Shown here piece after piece: positions 33,283 to 45,875 of a DNA stretch of 64,000 bases. The stretch lies in assembly GCF_988242995.1 (NCBI RefSeq), contig NZ_OZ547043.1; one strand, written 5' to 3'. Each line of letters starts with the position of its first letter. Position 1 is the first letter of the stretch. A program made the translations under genes and the position numbers. Under the pieces are notes generated by a model. It worked only from the letters and a program-made list of their open reading frames with translations. It searched no databases and had not been told where the DNA came from.

Positions 33283-34560
33283 ATGCAACACAACTCATAT
33301 CGCCGTTGGATAACCCTCGCGATAATTAGTTTTAGCGGCGGCGTTAGTTTCGACCTGGCTTATTTACGTTATATTTATCAAATTCCCATGGCGAAATTTA
33401 TGGGATTCAGCAATACCGAGATAGGTTTAATAATGAGTACCTTTGGTATTGCGGCTATTATTCTTTATGCCCCCAGCGGCGTTATTGCCGATAAATTTTC
33501 ACACCGCAAAATGATTACTTCCGCGATGATCATTACCGGATTACTGGGTCTGTTAATGGCAACATATCCACCGCTGTGGGTAATGCTCTGTATTCAGGTC
33601 GCCTTTGCGATAACGACGATTTTAATGCTGTGGTCGGTGTCGATTAAAGCCGCCTCGTTGCTGGGCGATCATAGCGAGCAAGGGAAAATTATGGGCTGGA
33701 TGGAAGGGCTGCGCGGCGTCGGTGTAATGTCGCTGGCGGTGTTTACCATGTGGGTCTTTTCTCGCTTTGCACCGGATGACAGCGCCAGCCTGAAAACGGT
33801 CATTATTATCTATAGTGTGGTTTACATTCTGCTGGGCATTTTGTGTTGGTTTTTTGTTAGCAATAACAACAACCTGCGCAATACCAATAACGAAGAAAAA
33901 CAGTCATTCCAGCTTAGCGACATCCTGGCCGTTTTGCGCATCAGCACCACCTGGTATTGCAGCATGGTGATTTTTGGTGTCTTCACCATCTACGCCATTC
34001 TGAGTTACTCCACCAACTATCTGACCGAAATGTACGGCATGTCGCTGGTGGCGGCGAGCTACATGGGGATTGTGATCAACAAAATCTTCCGCGCACTGTG
34101 CGGACCACTTGGTGGCATTATCACCACCTACAGCAAAGTGAAATCCCCTACCCGCGTGATCCAAATCCTTTCCGTACTCGGCTTACTGGCGTTAACTGCC
34201 CTGCTCGTCACGAACTCTAACCCGCAATCGGTCGCGATGGGGATTGGCCTGATTTTACTGCTGGGATTCACCTGTTACGCCTCACGCGGGCTGTACTGGG
34301 CCTGCCCTGGCGAAGCGAGAACACCGTCTTACATTATGGGCACCACGGTAGGTATTTGTTCGGTGATTGGATTCCTGCCGGATGTCTTCGTTTACCCGAT
34401 TATCGGCTACTGGCAAGACACCCTGCCCGCTGCAGAAGCCTACCGCAATATGTGGCTGATGGGCATGGCGGCGCTTGCCATGGTGATCGTCTTTACCTTT
34501 TTGCTGTTCCAAAAAATTCGTACTGCTGATAGCGCCCCTGCTATGGCTAGCAGCAAGTAA
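33283..34560 (+). CDS. yqcE: MFS transporter
   Basis: ORF track 425 aa, 12-TM-like hydrophobic profile. Confidence 0.88.
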   Translation: MQHNSYRRWITLAIISFSGGVSFDLAYLRYIYQIPMAKFMGFSNTEIGLIMSTFGIAAIILYAPSGVIADKFSHRKMITSAMIITGLLGLLMATYPPLWVMLCIQVAFAITTILMLWSVSIKAASLLGDHSEQGKIMGWMEGLRGVGVMSLAVFTMWVFSRFAPDDSASLKTVIIIYSVVYILLGILCWFFVSNNNNLRNTNNEEKQSFQLSDILAVLRISTTWYCSMVIFGVFTIYAILSYSTNYLTEMYGMSLVAASYMGIVINKIFRALCGPLGGIITTYSKVKSPTRVIQILSVLGLLALTALLVTNSNPQSVAMGIGLILLLGFTCYASRGLYWACPGEARTPSYIMGTTVGICSVIGFLPDVFVYPIIGYWQDTLPAAEAYRNMWLMGMAALAMVIVFTFLLFQKIRTADSAPAMASSK

Positions 34561-34586
34561 GTCCAGAAAATTACAGGAGAAAAATC

Positions 34587-36065
34587 ATGTCGAAAAAATA
34601 CATCATAGGGATTGATGGTGGAAGTCAGAGCACAAAAGTGGTGATGTACGATCTGGAAGGTAATGTGGTTTGCGAAGGCAAAGGCTTATTGCAGCCGATG
34701 CACACGCCAGATGCCGATACCGCAGAACATCCTGACGACGATTTATGGGCATCATTATGCTTTGCCGGTCACGATTTGATGAGTCAGTTTGCCGGAAATA
34801 AAGAAGATATTGTCGGTATTGGTCTGGGATCCATCCGTTGCTGCCGTGCGTTATTGAAAGCCGATGGCACGCCAGCTGCGCCGTTGATTAGCTGGCAGGA
34901 TGCACGCGTTACACGCCCTTACGAACATACGAATCCTGACGTGGCATATGTCACCTCTTTTTCAGGTTATCTGACGCATCGCTTAACCGGCGAGTTTAAA
35001 GACAATATCGCCAACTATTTTGGTCAGTGGCCGGTGGATTATAAGACCTGGGCATGGAGTGAAGATGCCGCAGTCATGGAGAAGTTTAATATCCCCCGTC
35101 ATATGCTGTTTGATGTGCAAATGCCGGGCACTGTTCTTGGGCATATCACTCCTCAAGCCGCGCTGGCGACACATTTCCCGGCTGGGCTGCCGGTTGTTTG
35201 TACCACCAGTGATAAACCGGTTGAAGCACTGGGAGCTGGGTTACTGGATGATGAAACGGCGGTAATTTCTCTTGGCACTTACATCGCGCTGATGATGAAC
35301 GGCAAAGCACTGCCGAAAGATCCGCTGGCGTACTGGCCGATTATGTCTTCTATTCCGCAAACATTGCTGTATGAAGGTTACGGTATCCGCAAAGGCATGT
35401 GGACGGTGAGCTGGCTACGCGACATGCTAGGCGAGTCGTTAATTCAGGATGCCAAAGCACAGGATCTTTCACCGGAAGATTTACTCAACAAAAAAGCGTC
35501 TTGTGTGCCGCCAGGCTGTAATGGTCTGATGACGGTGCTGGACTGGCTGACCAATCCGTGGGAACCGTACAAACGCGGGATTATGATCGGCTTTGATTCC
35601 AGCATGGATTACGCATGGATATATCGTTCGATACTGGAAAGCGTGGCGCTGACGCTGAAGAACAATTTCGACAATATGTGTAATGAAATGAATCACTTTG
35701 CAAAGCATGTGATCATTACTGGCGGCGGTTCGAACAGCGATCTGTTTATGCAGATTTTTGCCGACGTGTTCAACCTTCCGGCACGCCGTAACGCCATTAA
35801 TGGTTGTGCAAGCCTGGGGGCAGCGATTAATACGGCGGTAGGTCTGGGGCTATACCCGGATTACGCAACGGCTGTCGACAAAATGGTTCGCGTGAAAGAT
35901 ATCTTTATGCCTGTTGAGAACAATGCCAAACGCTACGACGCGATGAATAAAGGCATTTTCAAGGAGTTAACCAAACATACTGATGTAATCCTGAAAAAAT
36001 CGTATGAAGTGATGCATGGGGAATTGGGGAATGCGGATTCGATCCAGAGCTGGTCGAATGCGTAA
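34587..36065 (+). CDS. ygcE: FGGY-family carbohydrate kinase
   Basis: ORF track 492 aa, N-terminal IGIDGGSQSTKVV (FGGY kinase signature). Confidence 0.88.
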   Translation: MSKKYIIGIDGGSQSTKVVMYDLEGNVVCEGKGLLQPMHTPDADTAEHPDDDLWASLCFAGHDLMSQFAGNKEDIVGIGLGSIRCCRALLKADGTPAAPLISWQDARVTRPYEHTNPDVAYVTSFSGYLTHRLTGEFKDNIANYFGQWPVDYKTWAWSEDAAVMEKFNIPRHMLFDVQMPGTVLGHITPQAALATHFPAGLPVVCTTSDKPVEALGAGLLDDETAVISLGTYIALMMNGKALPKDPLAYWPIMSSIPQTLLYEGYGIRKGMWTVSWLRDMLGESLIQDAKAQDLSPEDLLNKKASCVPPGCNGLMTVLDWLTNPWEPYKRGIMIGFDSSMDYAWIYRSILESVALTLKNNFDNMCNEMNHFAKHVIITGGGSNSDLFMQIFADVFNLPARRNAINGCASLGAAINTAVGLGLYPDYATAVDKMVRVKDIFMPVENNAKRYDAMNKGIFKELTKHTDVILKKSYEVMHGELGNADSIQSWSNA

Positions 36066-36111
36066 GTGAGGAAGACCGGGCGGGAAACTGCCCGGCCTGA
36101 ACATACCTGAA

Positions 36112-36249
36112 TGGTTATCCCCGCTGGCGCGGGGAACATAAGTTCGACAACTTAAAAAATGATAACAAGTCCGGTTTATCCCCGCTGATGCAGGGAACAT
36201 AATAAAAACTTTAACTAGTTCGGTTTATCCCTGTTTTTACAAGGAATAT
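36112..36249 (-). CRISPR. Degenerate CRISPR remnant (3 decayed repeats)
   Basis: TGGTTATCCCCGCTGGCGCGGGGAACAT, CGGTTTATCCCCGCTGATGCAGGGAACAT and CGGTTTATCCCTGTTTTTACAAGGAATAT, separated by 32 bp and 20 bp. Confidence 0.75.
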
Positions 36250-36702
36250 TAACTACACTCGATGTATTTAGAATAAAAGACAATACGAATCGCACTTTAT
36301 CAATTTTCACTTAAAGTATGAACTGGATATCTTTATTCATAAGAACTATTCATCAACAGCGTATAGAGGCGATTATGTAAAACCACTCATTAGCCTCAAA
36401 ACAAAGACAAATTTCCAGATTTATTACTTAATCAATGAATAACAAGCTTAAAAAATACACTGTTATTCTAAAGAAAAAATTAACAGGCATTAATTAATAT
36501 TAAAAAAATAATATGTTAAAATTTCTTAACGGTTTAAGGATTATACAAATAACACTTTGATTAAATTTTATTTTTTGTATCGATAATTGTGAACTTGTCA
36601 TATATGGAGAGCTATTTTGAACATGAGGTGTTACGTGGATATGTTGCTTAATACGAGTACTGCTAATATAAAAACTTGAGAAAGAGATAACGGGTTATAT
36701 GG

Positions 36703-37219
36703 TGGTTTATTCCCGCTGGTGCGGGGAACTCATCAGTGATATCCAACATTGCGGAGCTAAACGCGGTTTATCCCCGCTGGCGCGGGGAACTCAATTAGCC
36801 CGCCTCGCGCGGGTTTTTTTGTGCCGGTTTATCCCCGCTGGCGCGGGGAACTCTTTACTTATCTGCAAATATTTTTTGTCAGCTGCGGTTTATCCCCGCT
36901 GGCGCGGGGAACTCACGAACGCGGCACACCAGGGCGTCTCATCGTCCGGTTTATCCCCGCTGGCGCGGGGAACTCGAACACGACAGGAGTGATAAATGTA
37001 CGCACATCGGTTTATCCCCGCTGGCGCGGGGAACTCGGCTGATAGTGCTTCTGATTATTCGGCGCAAGCGGTTTATCCCCGCTGGCGCGGGGAACTCTAG
37101 GACCCAATATAAAACCGACTGGTTATTTTCGGTTTATCCCCGCTGGCGCGGGGAACTCTTTCAGTCTGGAACACAACGGCGTTAAATAACCGGTTTATCC
37201 CCGCTGGCGCGGGGAACTC
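36703..37219 (-). CRISPR. Orphan CRISPR array, type I-E repeats, 9 repeats and 8 spacers
   Basis: Repeat CGGTTTATCCCCGCTGGCGCGGGGAACTC, period 61 bp, starts 36703 (degenerate distal repeat, 3 mismatches), 36764 ... 37191; 32 bp spacers; leader on the right; no adjacent cas genes. Confidence 0.97.
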
Positions 37220-37300
37220 ACTAAACATAACCTATTATTAATTATTGATTTTTTAAGTCAGTCACAATCTACCAACTTAACAGAAACACACAAACAACAC
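37220..37300 (-). promoter_or_regulatory. Leader of the second CRISPR array
   Basis: AT-rich; contains CACAATCTACCAACTTA at 37264-37279, matching the first array's leader motif at the same distance from the last repeat. Confidence 0.7.
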
Positions 37301-37558
37301 ATCCATTATGTTAAAGAGCACTTAATTCATTGATTGAAAAGCCAAATATTTAAAGTAATTCTATACCGACTAAAATCCACCAAACTCCGACGTAATAATT
37401 TTCACTCCAACGAAAAATTAACGCCACAGAATTTGTAGATAATGACAATGATTAGTCCGGAATGGGCAAAATGGATGAGTTTTCAGAGGCGACAAAAAAT
37501 ATAAATGAGTGGAAGTCTTTACAGGTTCCACCCATTTATAACGCTTATAAATGTTTAA

Positions 37559-38230
37559 TCAGGCAATATTTAAATATTTATGTGTTTGCATCGACAAACG
37601 CCAGTTGCGCGCAATGCACGTATCGATACATAAACGAGTAGCATCTTCCTTTTGGCTAATCGGCTGCAGCGCAATGACTCGCGGTTTATCATCGGTCAGT
37701 GTTGCCAGTAGTTCATCCAGTGCTTCAATATCACGCACGCGTCCCACTGGATGCTTGATTTCGTTGGCTCGCTCCAGTGCCTGTGACAACACTTCATAGC
37801 CGCCGCGCATGTTCAGCTTTGGCGATACGGTAACCCAGGTATTCGGTGTGCAGCGTACTTCATGAGTACCACTGGTTTCGATCTGGCAGCTAAAACCGTT
37901 CTTTTCGAGCAGGTCAGTCAGTGGCAGCAAATCATGAATGCAAGGCTCACCACCCGTAATCACCACATGCCGCGCGGTGTATCCCTGGCGACCAATGACA
38001 GCCAGCAAGTCTTCACTGCTCGCCGCCCCCCACTTATCACTCTCTTTGGTCTTCGCCAGAATGCTGAAAAGGGAGACTTCCCGATCCTCAAGCTTTTCCC
38101 AGGTGTGTTTGGTGTCGCACCAGGCACAGCCAACCGGGCATCCCTGTAAACGAATAAAAATGGCGGGGACGCCGGTAAAGTAACCCTCACCTTGCAGGGT
38201 CTGGAACATCTCGTTAATCGGGTACTGCAT
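37559..38230 (-). CDS. queE: 7-carboxy-7-deazaguanine synthase (radical SAM)
   Basis: ORF track 223 aa with CxxxCxxC-type cluster motif (GCPVGCAWCDT). Confidence 0.93.
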   Translation of the reverse strand: MQYPINEMFQTLQGEGYFTGVPAIFIRLQGCPVGCAWCDTKHTWEKLEDREVSLFSILAKTKESDKWGAASSEDLLAVIGRQGYTARHVVITGGEPCIHDLLPLTDLLEKNGFSCQIETSGTHEVRCTPNTWVTVSPKLNMRGGYEVLSQALERANEIKHPVGRVRDIEALDELLATLTDDKPRVIALQPISQKEDATRLCIDTCIARNWRLSMQTHKYLNIA

Positions 38231-38523
38231 AGCATTCTCTGTGAAGTGGATAATTGTTAATTATTGCAGATCCTGCCGCAACAATCATGTCTTATTAACA
38301 TTCTGTTACAGGCAGGTTTAAAGAAAAATGAGAAACAGATCGTTAATAATAAAAGGGAGTAACGTATTATGTCAGAAATAAATAAAGCAAATGGATTTAA
38401 TCATGTCAAAAACATTCACCAAAATTATACTTATTTTTTCTGTGTTCGTTTTTAATTATAACGAATCTCAAATTACCGATGTCGCCGTCAATTTATTTAT
38501 CCAGCTTTAATGGGACATTTATA

Positions 38524-39396
38524 ATGCGCTATTTCATACTAATATTCACATTCGTGAGTTCCTTTGTTGCAGCCCAACCAACTATTATCCCACAATTACA
38601 GCAACAAGTTACGGATCTTACGAGTAGCTTAAACTCACAAGAAAAGAAAGAACTGACGCGGAAGTTAGAATCTATTTTCAATAATACCCAAGTACAAATT
38701 GCTGTATTAATTATTCCCACAACCAAAGACGAGACAATTGAACAATATGCTACAAGGGTTTTTAACAATTGGCGTTTAGGAGATGCCAAACGCAATGATG
38801 GGATACTGATCATTGTTGCCTGGTCGGATCGTACTGTCCGCATCCAGGTAGGTTATGGGCTGGAAGAAAAGGTAACCGATGCTCTGGCTGGAGATATCAT
38901 CCGTAGCAACATGATACCCGCATTTAAACAACAAAAATTAGCTAAGGGATTAGAGTTAGCTATAATCGCTTTGAATAACCAACTCACTTCACAACACCAA
39001 TATTCGGCTAATCCTTCAGAAAGTGAATCAGCGTCTTCCAGCGATCATTACTACTTTGCTATTTTTTGGGTATTTGCAGTGATGTTCTTCCCTTTCTGGT
39101 TTTTTCATCAAGGCAGTAATTTTTGTCGCGCATGTAAAAGCAGTGTCTGTATTTCAGCAATCTATCTTTTAGATTTATTCCTGTTCTCCGATAAAACTTT
39201 TTCCATTGCTGTATTTTTCTTCTTTTTTACTTTCACCACCATTATGGTCTTTACCTGTTTATGTGTACTTCAGAAAAAAGCATCTGGTAGAAGTTATCAT
39301 TCAGACAACAGCGGTTCCGGTGGCGGCTCAAGTGGCGGCGGATTTAGCGGCGGGGGCGGTTCTTCTGGCGGTGGCGGCGCGTCCGGTCGCTGGTAA
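38524..39396 (+). CDS. ygcG: TPM-domain protein with C-terminal TM segment and Gly/Ser-rich tail
   Basis: ORF track 38479..39396; start set at [19 protein letters not shown] (signal-like N-terminus, 290 aa); tail [27 protein letters not shown]. Confidence 0.82.
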   Translation: MRYFILIFTFVSSFVAAQPTIIPQLQQQVTDLTSSLNSQEKKELTRKLESIFNNTQVQIAVLIIPTTKDETIEQYATRVFNNWRLGDAKRNDGILIIVAWSDRTVRIQVGYGLEEKVTDALAGDIIRSNMIPAFKQQKLAKGLELAIIALNNQLTSQHQYSANPSESESASSSDHYYFAIFWVFAVMFFPFWFFHQGSNFCRACKSSVCISAIYLLDLFLFSDKTFSIAVFFFFFTFTTIMVFTCLCVLQKKASGRSYHSDNSGSGGGSSGGGFSGGGGSSGGGGASGRW

Positions 39397-39455
39397 CTCA
39401 ACCATAAAAAATGCCAGCCCGAAGGCTGGCATTTTTAAATCAGATAAAGTCAGAC

Positions 39456-40769
<1,314 letters not shown>

Positions 40770-40841
40770 TCACTAGTTAAACTGAAACTCCAGACAAACA
40801 ACGCGTACCCAGGGTACGCGTTGCCGTTCTAACTTTTTTAC

Positions 40842-42494
<1,653 letters not shown>

Positions 42495-42706
42495 TTAGGT
42501 TGAAAAGACGATGGAATAACCAGGACGGGAAAGCAGTATACCCGAACATGACCTGTGCCACAAACTTTCATTATCCCTCCTCTTCGCCAGCGCACTATTG
42601 AAATCAGGAGTGAGAAAATAGCCCCTTTGGGGTAAATGTTTTTGACGCAAATCAAGCGCTTGTCATTTAAAAAATGACACAAATCGCGCTTGACCACGTA
42701 ATTCCC

Positions 42707-43498
42707 TTAGAGATCAATTTCCTGCCGTTTTACCTGTTGCCAGACTTCTTCCATTGTTTCGAGGTCAACACCTGTCATTTCCAGTCCACGCGCGGCAACA
42801 ATACGCTCCACTTCGCGAAAACGACGCTCGAATTTTTCATTGGCTTTTTGCAATGCGATTTCCGCTTTTGTCCCTAAATGACGAGCCAGATTGACCGTGG
42901 CAAACAGCAGGTCGCCCATTTCCTCCTCCAGTTTAGCCTGGTCGATAACAGCCTGCCGTGCCTCGTACATCACCTCGTCGATCTCTTCGTAGACTTTATC
43001 GACTACCGGACCAAGCGTCGTCCAGTCAAAACCAACGTTGGCGCAACGTTTCTGGATTTTTTGTGCACGCATTAATGCCGGTAAACTACGAGGAATATCG
43101 TCCAGCGCCGAATGCTGCGCTTTCTGCGCGCGCTCTTCGGTTTTGATTTGCTCCCAACGGGCAAGCACTTCACTACTGTTTTCGGCAGAACTGTCAGCAA
43201 AAACATGCGGATGGCGACGTTCTAATTTATCGCTGATCGCGGCGCAAATATCATTAAAGTCAAAGCGCCCTTCTTCCTGGGCCATTTGTGCGTAAAACAC
43301 CACCTGGAACAGCAGATCGCCCAGTTCACCGCGCAGATCGTCAAAATCTTCACGGGCGATGGCGTCCAGCACCTCGTAGGTTTCTTCAAGGGTGTAAGGC
43401 GCAATGGTGGCAAATGTCTGCTCTTTATCCCACGGGCAGCCGTTTTCCGGGTCGCGCAGGCGCTGCATGATGGTGAGCAAACGGTCGATTTGATTCAT
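42707..43498 (-). CDS. mazG: Nucleoside triphosphate pyrophosphohydrolase MazG
   Basis: ORF track 263 aa, tandem MazG domains. Confidence 0.93.
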   Translation of the reverse strand: MNQIDRLLTIMQRLRDPENGCPWDKEQTFATIAPYTLEETYEVLDAIAREDFDDLRGELGDLLFQVVFYAQMAQEEGRFDFNDICAAISDKLERRHPHVFADSSAENSSEVLARWEQIKTEERAQKAQHSALDDIPRSLPALMRAQKIQKRCANVGFDWTTLGPVVDKVYEEIDEVMYEARQAVIDQAKLEEEMGDLLFATVNLARHLGTKAEIALQKANEKFERRFREVERIVAARGLEMTGVDLETMEEVWQQVKRQEIDL

Positions 43499-43593
43499 TG
43501 AATTGTCCTGAAAATTGCGGGTCTGTCAGGTGTAATACCTTCGAGTAAAAGATATCGCTGGATACGGCTGACGCCATATCCAGCTATGTAAGA

Positions 43594-45828
43594 CTAACTC
43601 CCGTGCAACCGACGCGCGTCGATAACATCCGGCACCTGGTTGAGTTTACCCAGCACGCGGCCCAGCACTTGCAGGTTGTAAATCTCAATGGTCATGTCGA
43701 TGGTCGCCAGTTGCTGTTTGGTGTCGCTACGGCTGGCAACGCCAAGCACGTTCACCTTCTCGTTGGCGAGAATGGTCGTGATATCACGTAACAACCCACT
43801 ACGATCATTAGCCACCACGCGGACCACCAGCGAATATCCGGCGGAGTAGCTCTCGCCCCATACCGCGTCAACAATGCGTTCTGGCGCATGGGAGCGCAGT
43901 TCCGCCAGTTGCTCACAGTCTGCACGATGCACTGAAATACCGCGTCCCTGGGTAATGAAGCCGACAATCTCATCTCCAGGAATCGGCTGGCAGCAGCGCG
44001 CGATGTGGTGCATCAGGTTACCGACACCTTCAACCACCACACGACCGTTATCTTTACTGCGGTTTTGCGGCGTGTAGCTTTTTTGCTGAAGTTGCTTCAG
44101 CGCGGCGGCGTCCTGCTCTTCGGCACTCGGCTTATTAAATTGCGATTGCAGGAAGTTCACCATCTGATTGAGACGGATATCCCCGCCACCAATCGCCGCC
44201 AGCAACTCGTCGACATCATTGAAGTTGTAACGCGGCAGCAGATGTTTTTCTGCTTCTTTCAGGCTGATCCCCAGATGTTCCAGCTCGTCGTCAAGGATTT
44301 GCCGCCCAGCCAGAATGTTTTTGTCACGGTCCTGTTTACGGAACCAGGCGTGAATTTTCGAACGCCCACGGCTGGTTGTGACGTAACCGAGGTTTGGGTT
44401 TAACCAGTCACGGCTGGGGTTCGGCTGTTTCTGGGTGATAATTTCAATCTGGTCGCCCATCTGCAGCTGGTAGGTGAACGGCACAATGCGCCCGCCAATT
44501 TTTGCCCCGATGCAGCGGTGTCCGACATCACTGTGGATGTGGTAAGCGAAGTCCAGCGGTGTTGATCCCGCAGGCAAATCAACGACATCACCTTTCGGCG
44601 TAAAGACGTACACCCGGTCGTCAAAGACCTGGCTACGTACTTCGTCGAGCATTTCGCCGGAATCAGCCATCTCTTCCTGCCACGCAATCAGTTTACGCAG
44701 CCAGGCAATCCGGTCTTCATGTCCCGAACGTGCGCCGCCAGCTGCCGCGCCCTCTTTATATTTCCAGTGCGCAGCAACACCCAACTCTGCATCTTCATGC
44801 ATCTGTTTAGTGCGGATTTGGATCTCAACGGTTTTGCCACCTGGTCCCAGAACCACGGTATGAATAGACTGATAACCGTTTGGTTTCGGGTTAGCGACGT
44901 AATCGTCAAACTCATCCGGCAGGTGGCGATAGTGAGTGTGCACTATCCCCAGTGCGGCATAACAATCCTGTAAACGCTCGGCGACAATACGTACCGCACG
45001 CACATCAAACAGCTCATCGAAGGCGAGGTTCTTTTTCTGCATTTTGCGCCAGATGCTGTAGATGTGTTTCGGACGACCATACACTTCAGCTTTAACGCCT
45101 TCAGCTTTCATCTCAGCGCGCAGATGGCCGACAAACTCTTCGATATAGTGTTCGCGGTCGAGACGGCGTTCATGCAGCAGTTTTGCGATGCGTTTGTATT
45201 CGGTCGGGTGGAGATAACGGAAGCAGTAATCTTCCAGCTCCCATTTCAGTTGTCCAATCCCAAGACGGTTCGCCAACGGCGCGTAGATATTGGTGCACTC
45301 TTTTGCCGCCAGTACGCGTTCATCTTCCGGCGCGTCTTTTACTTCGCGCAGATGAGCAATACGCTCTGCCAGTTTGATGACCACGCAGCGAAAATCATCG
45401 ACCATCGCCAATAACATCCGGCGAACGTTATCGACCTGTTCGGAGGAAACAGAATCGGTATGCGTCGCTTTCAGCTGGCGGATCGCCGCCATATCACGCA
45501 CGCCGTGAATAAGGTTAACGACCGACTTACCGACGCTCTCACGCAGCACATCTTCGCTGACTACGTTGGCATCCGCCAGAGGGAACAGCAGCGCCGCCCG
45601 CAGCGTGTCAATGTCCATACTTAATGTCGAGAGGATCTCCACCATCTCAACACCACGCCACAATAACAGACTGGCATCCGGATGCCCCTGCGTCTGTTGC
45701 AGACAATACGCCCAGGTTTCGGCTAAGCACTCACACGACTTCTGGCTGGTAATACCCAGACTTGCGATCCATTTTTCCGGATCAAATTCACCAGCCTTAT
45801 TGATATGTGCACTTCTTACCGCAACCAT
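43594..45828 (-). CDS. relA: GTP pyrophosphokinase ((p)ppGpp synthetase I)
   Basis: ORF track 744 aa ending ...DARRLHGS. Confidence 0.97.
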   Translation of the reverse strand: MVAVRSAHINKAGEFDPEKWIASLGITSQKSCECLAETWAYCLQQTQGHPDASLLLWRGVEMVEILSTLSMDIDTLRAALLFPLADANVVSEDVLRESVGKSVVNLIHGVRDMAAIRQLKATHTDSVSSEQVDNVRRMLLAMVDDFRCVVIKLAERIAHLREVKDAPEDERVLAAKECTNIYAPLANRLGIGQLKWELEDYCFRYLHPTEYKRIAKLLHERRLDREHYIEEFVGHLRAEMKAEGVKAEVYGRPKHIYSIWRKMQKKNLAFDELFDVRAVRIVAERLQDCYAALGIVHTHYRHLPDEFDDYVANPKPNGYQSIHTVVLGPGGKTVEIQIRTKQMHEDAELGVAAHWKYKEGAAAGGARSGHEDRIAWLRKLIAWQEEMADSGEMLDEVRSQVFDDRVYVFTPKGDVVDLPAGSTPLDFAYHIHSDVGHRCIGAKIGGRIVPFTYQLQMGDQIEIITQKQPNPSRDWLNPNLGYVTTSRGRSKIHAWFRKQDRDKNILAGRQILDDELEHLGISLKEAEKHLLPRYNFNDVDELLAAIGGGDIRLNQMVNFLQSQFNKPSAEEQDAAALKQLQQKSYTPQNRSKDNGRVVVEGVGNLMHHIARCCQPIPGDEIVGFITQGRGISVHRADCEQLAELRSHAPERIVDAVWGESYSAGYSLVVRVVANDRSGLLRDITTILANEKVNVLGVASRSDTKQQLATIDMTIEIYNLQVLGRVLGKLNQVPDVIDARRLHGS

Positions 45829-45875
45829 CGTCCTCTCCTTTAGGGACCAGACCTGCCGAAATCGGCAAATCGTAA

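Noticed and set aside
36071-36097. GC hairpin CCGGGCGGGAAACTGCCCGG just after the ygcE stop, considered as the ygcE terminator
   Set aside because: Only a 6 bp stem and no U-tract; cannot be supported as an intrinsic terminator from sequence alone.
36699-37042. ORF-track frames 36699..36992 and 36821..37042 inside the second array
   Set aside because: Same artefact: repeat-derived reading frames across the CRISPR array.
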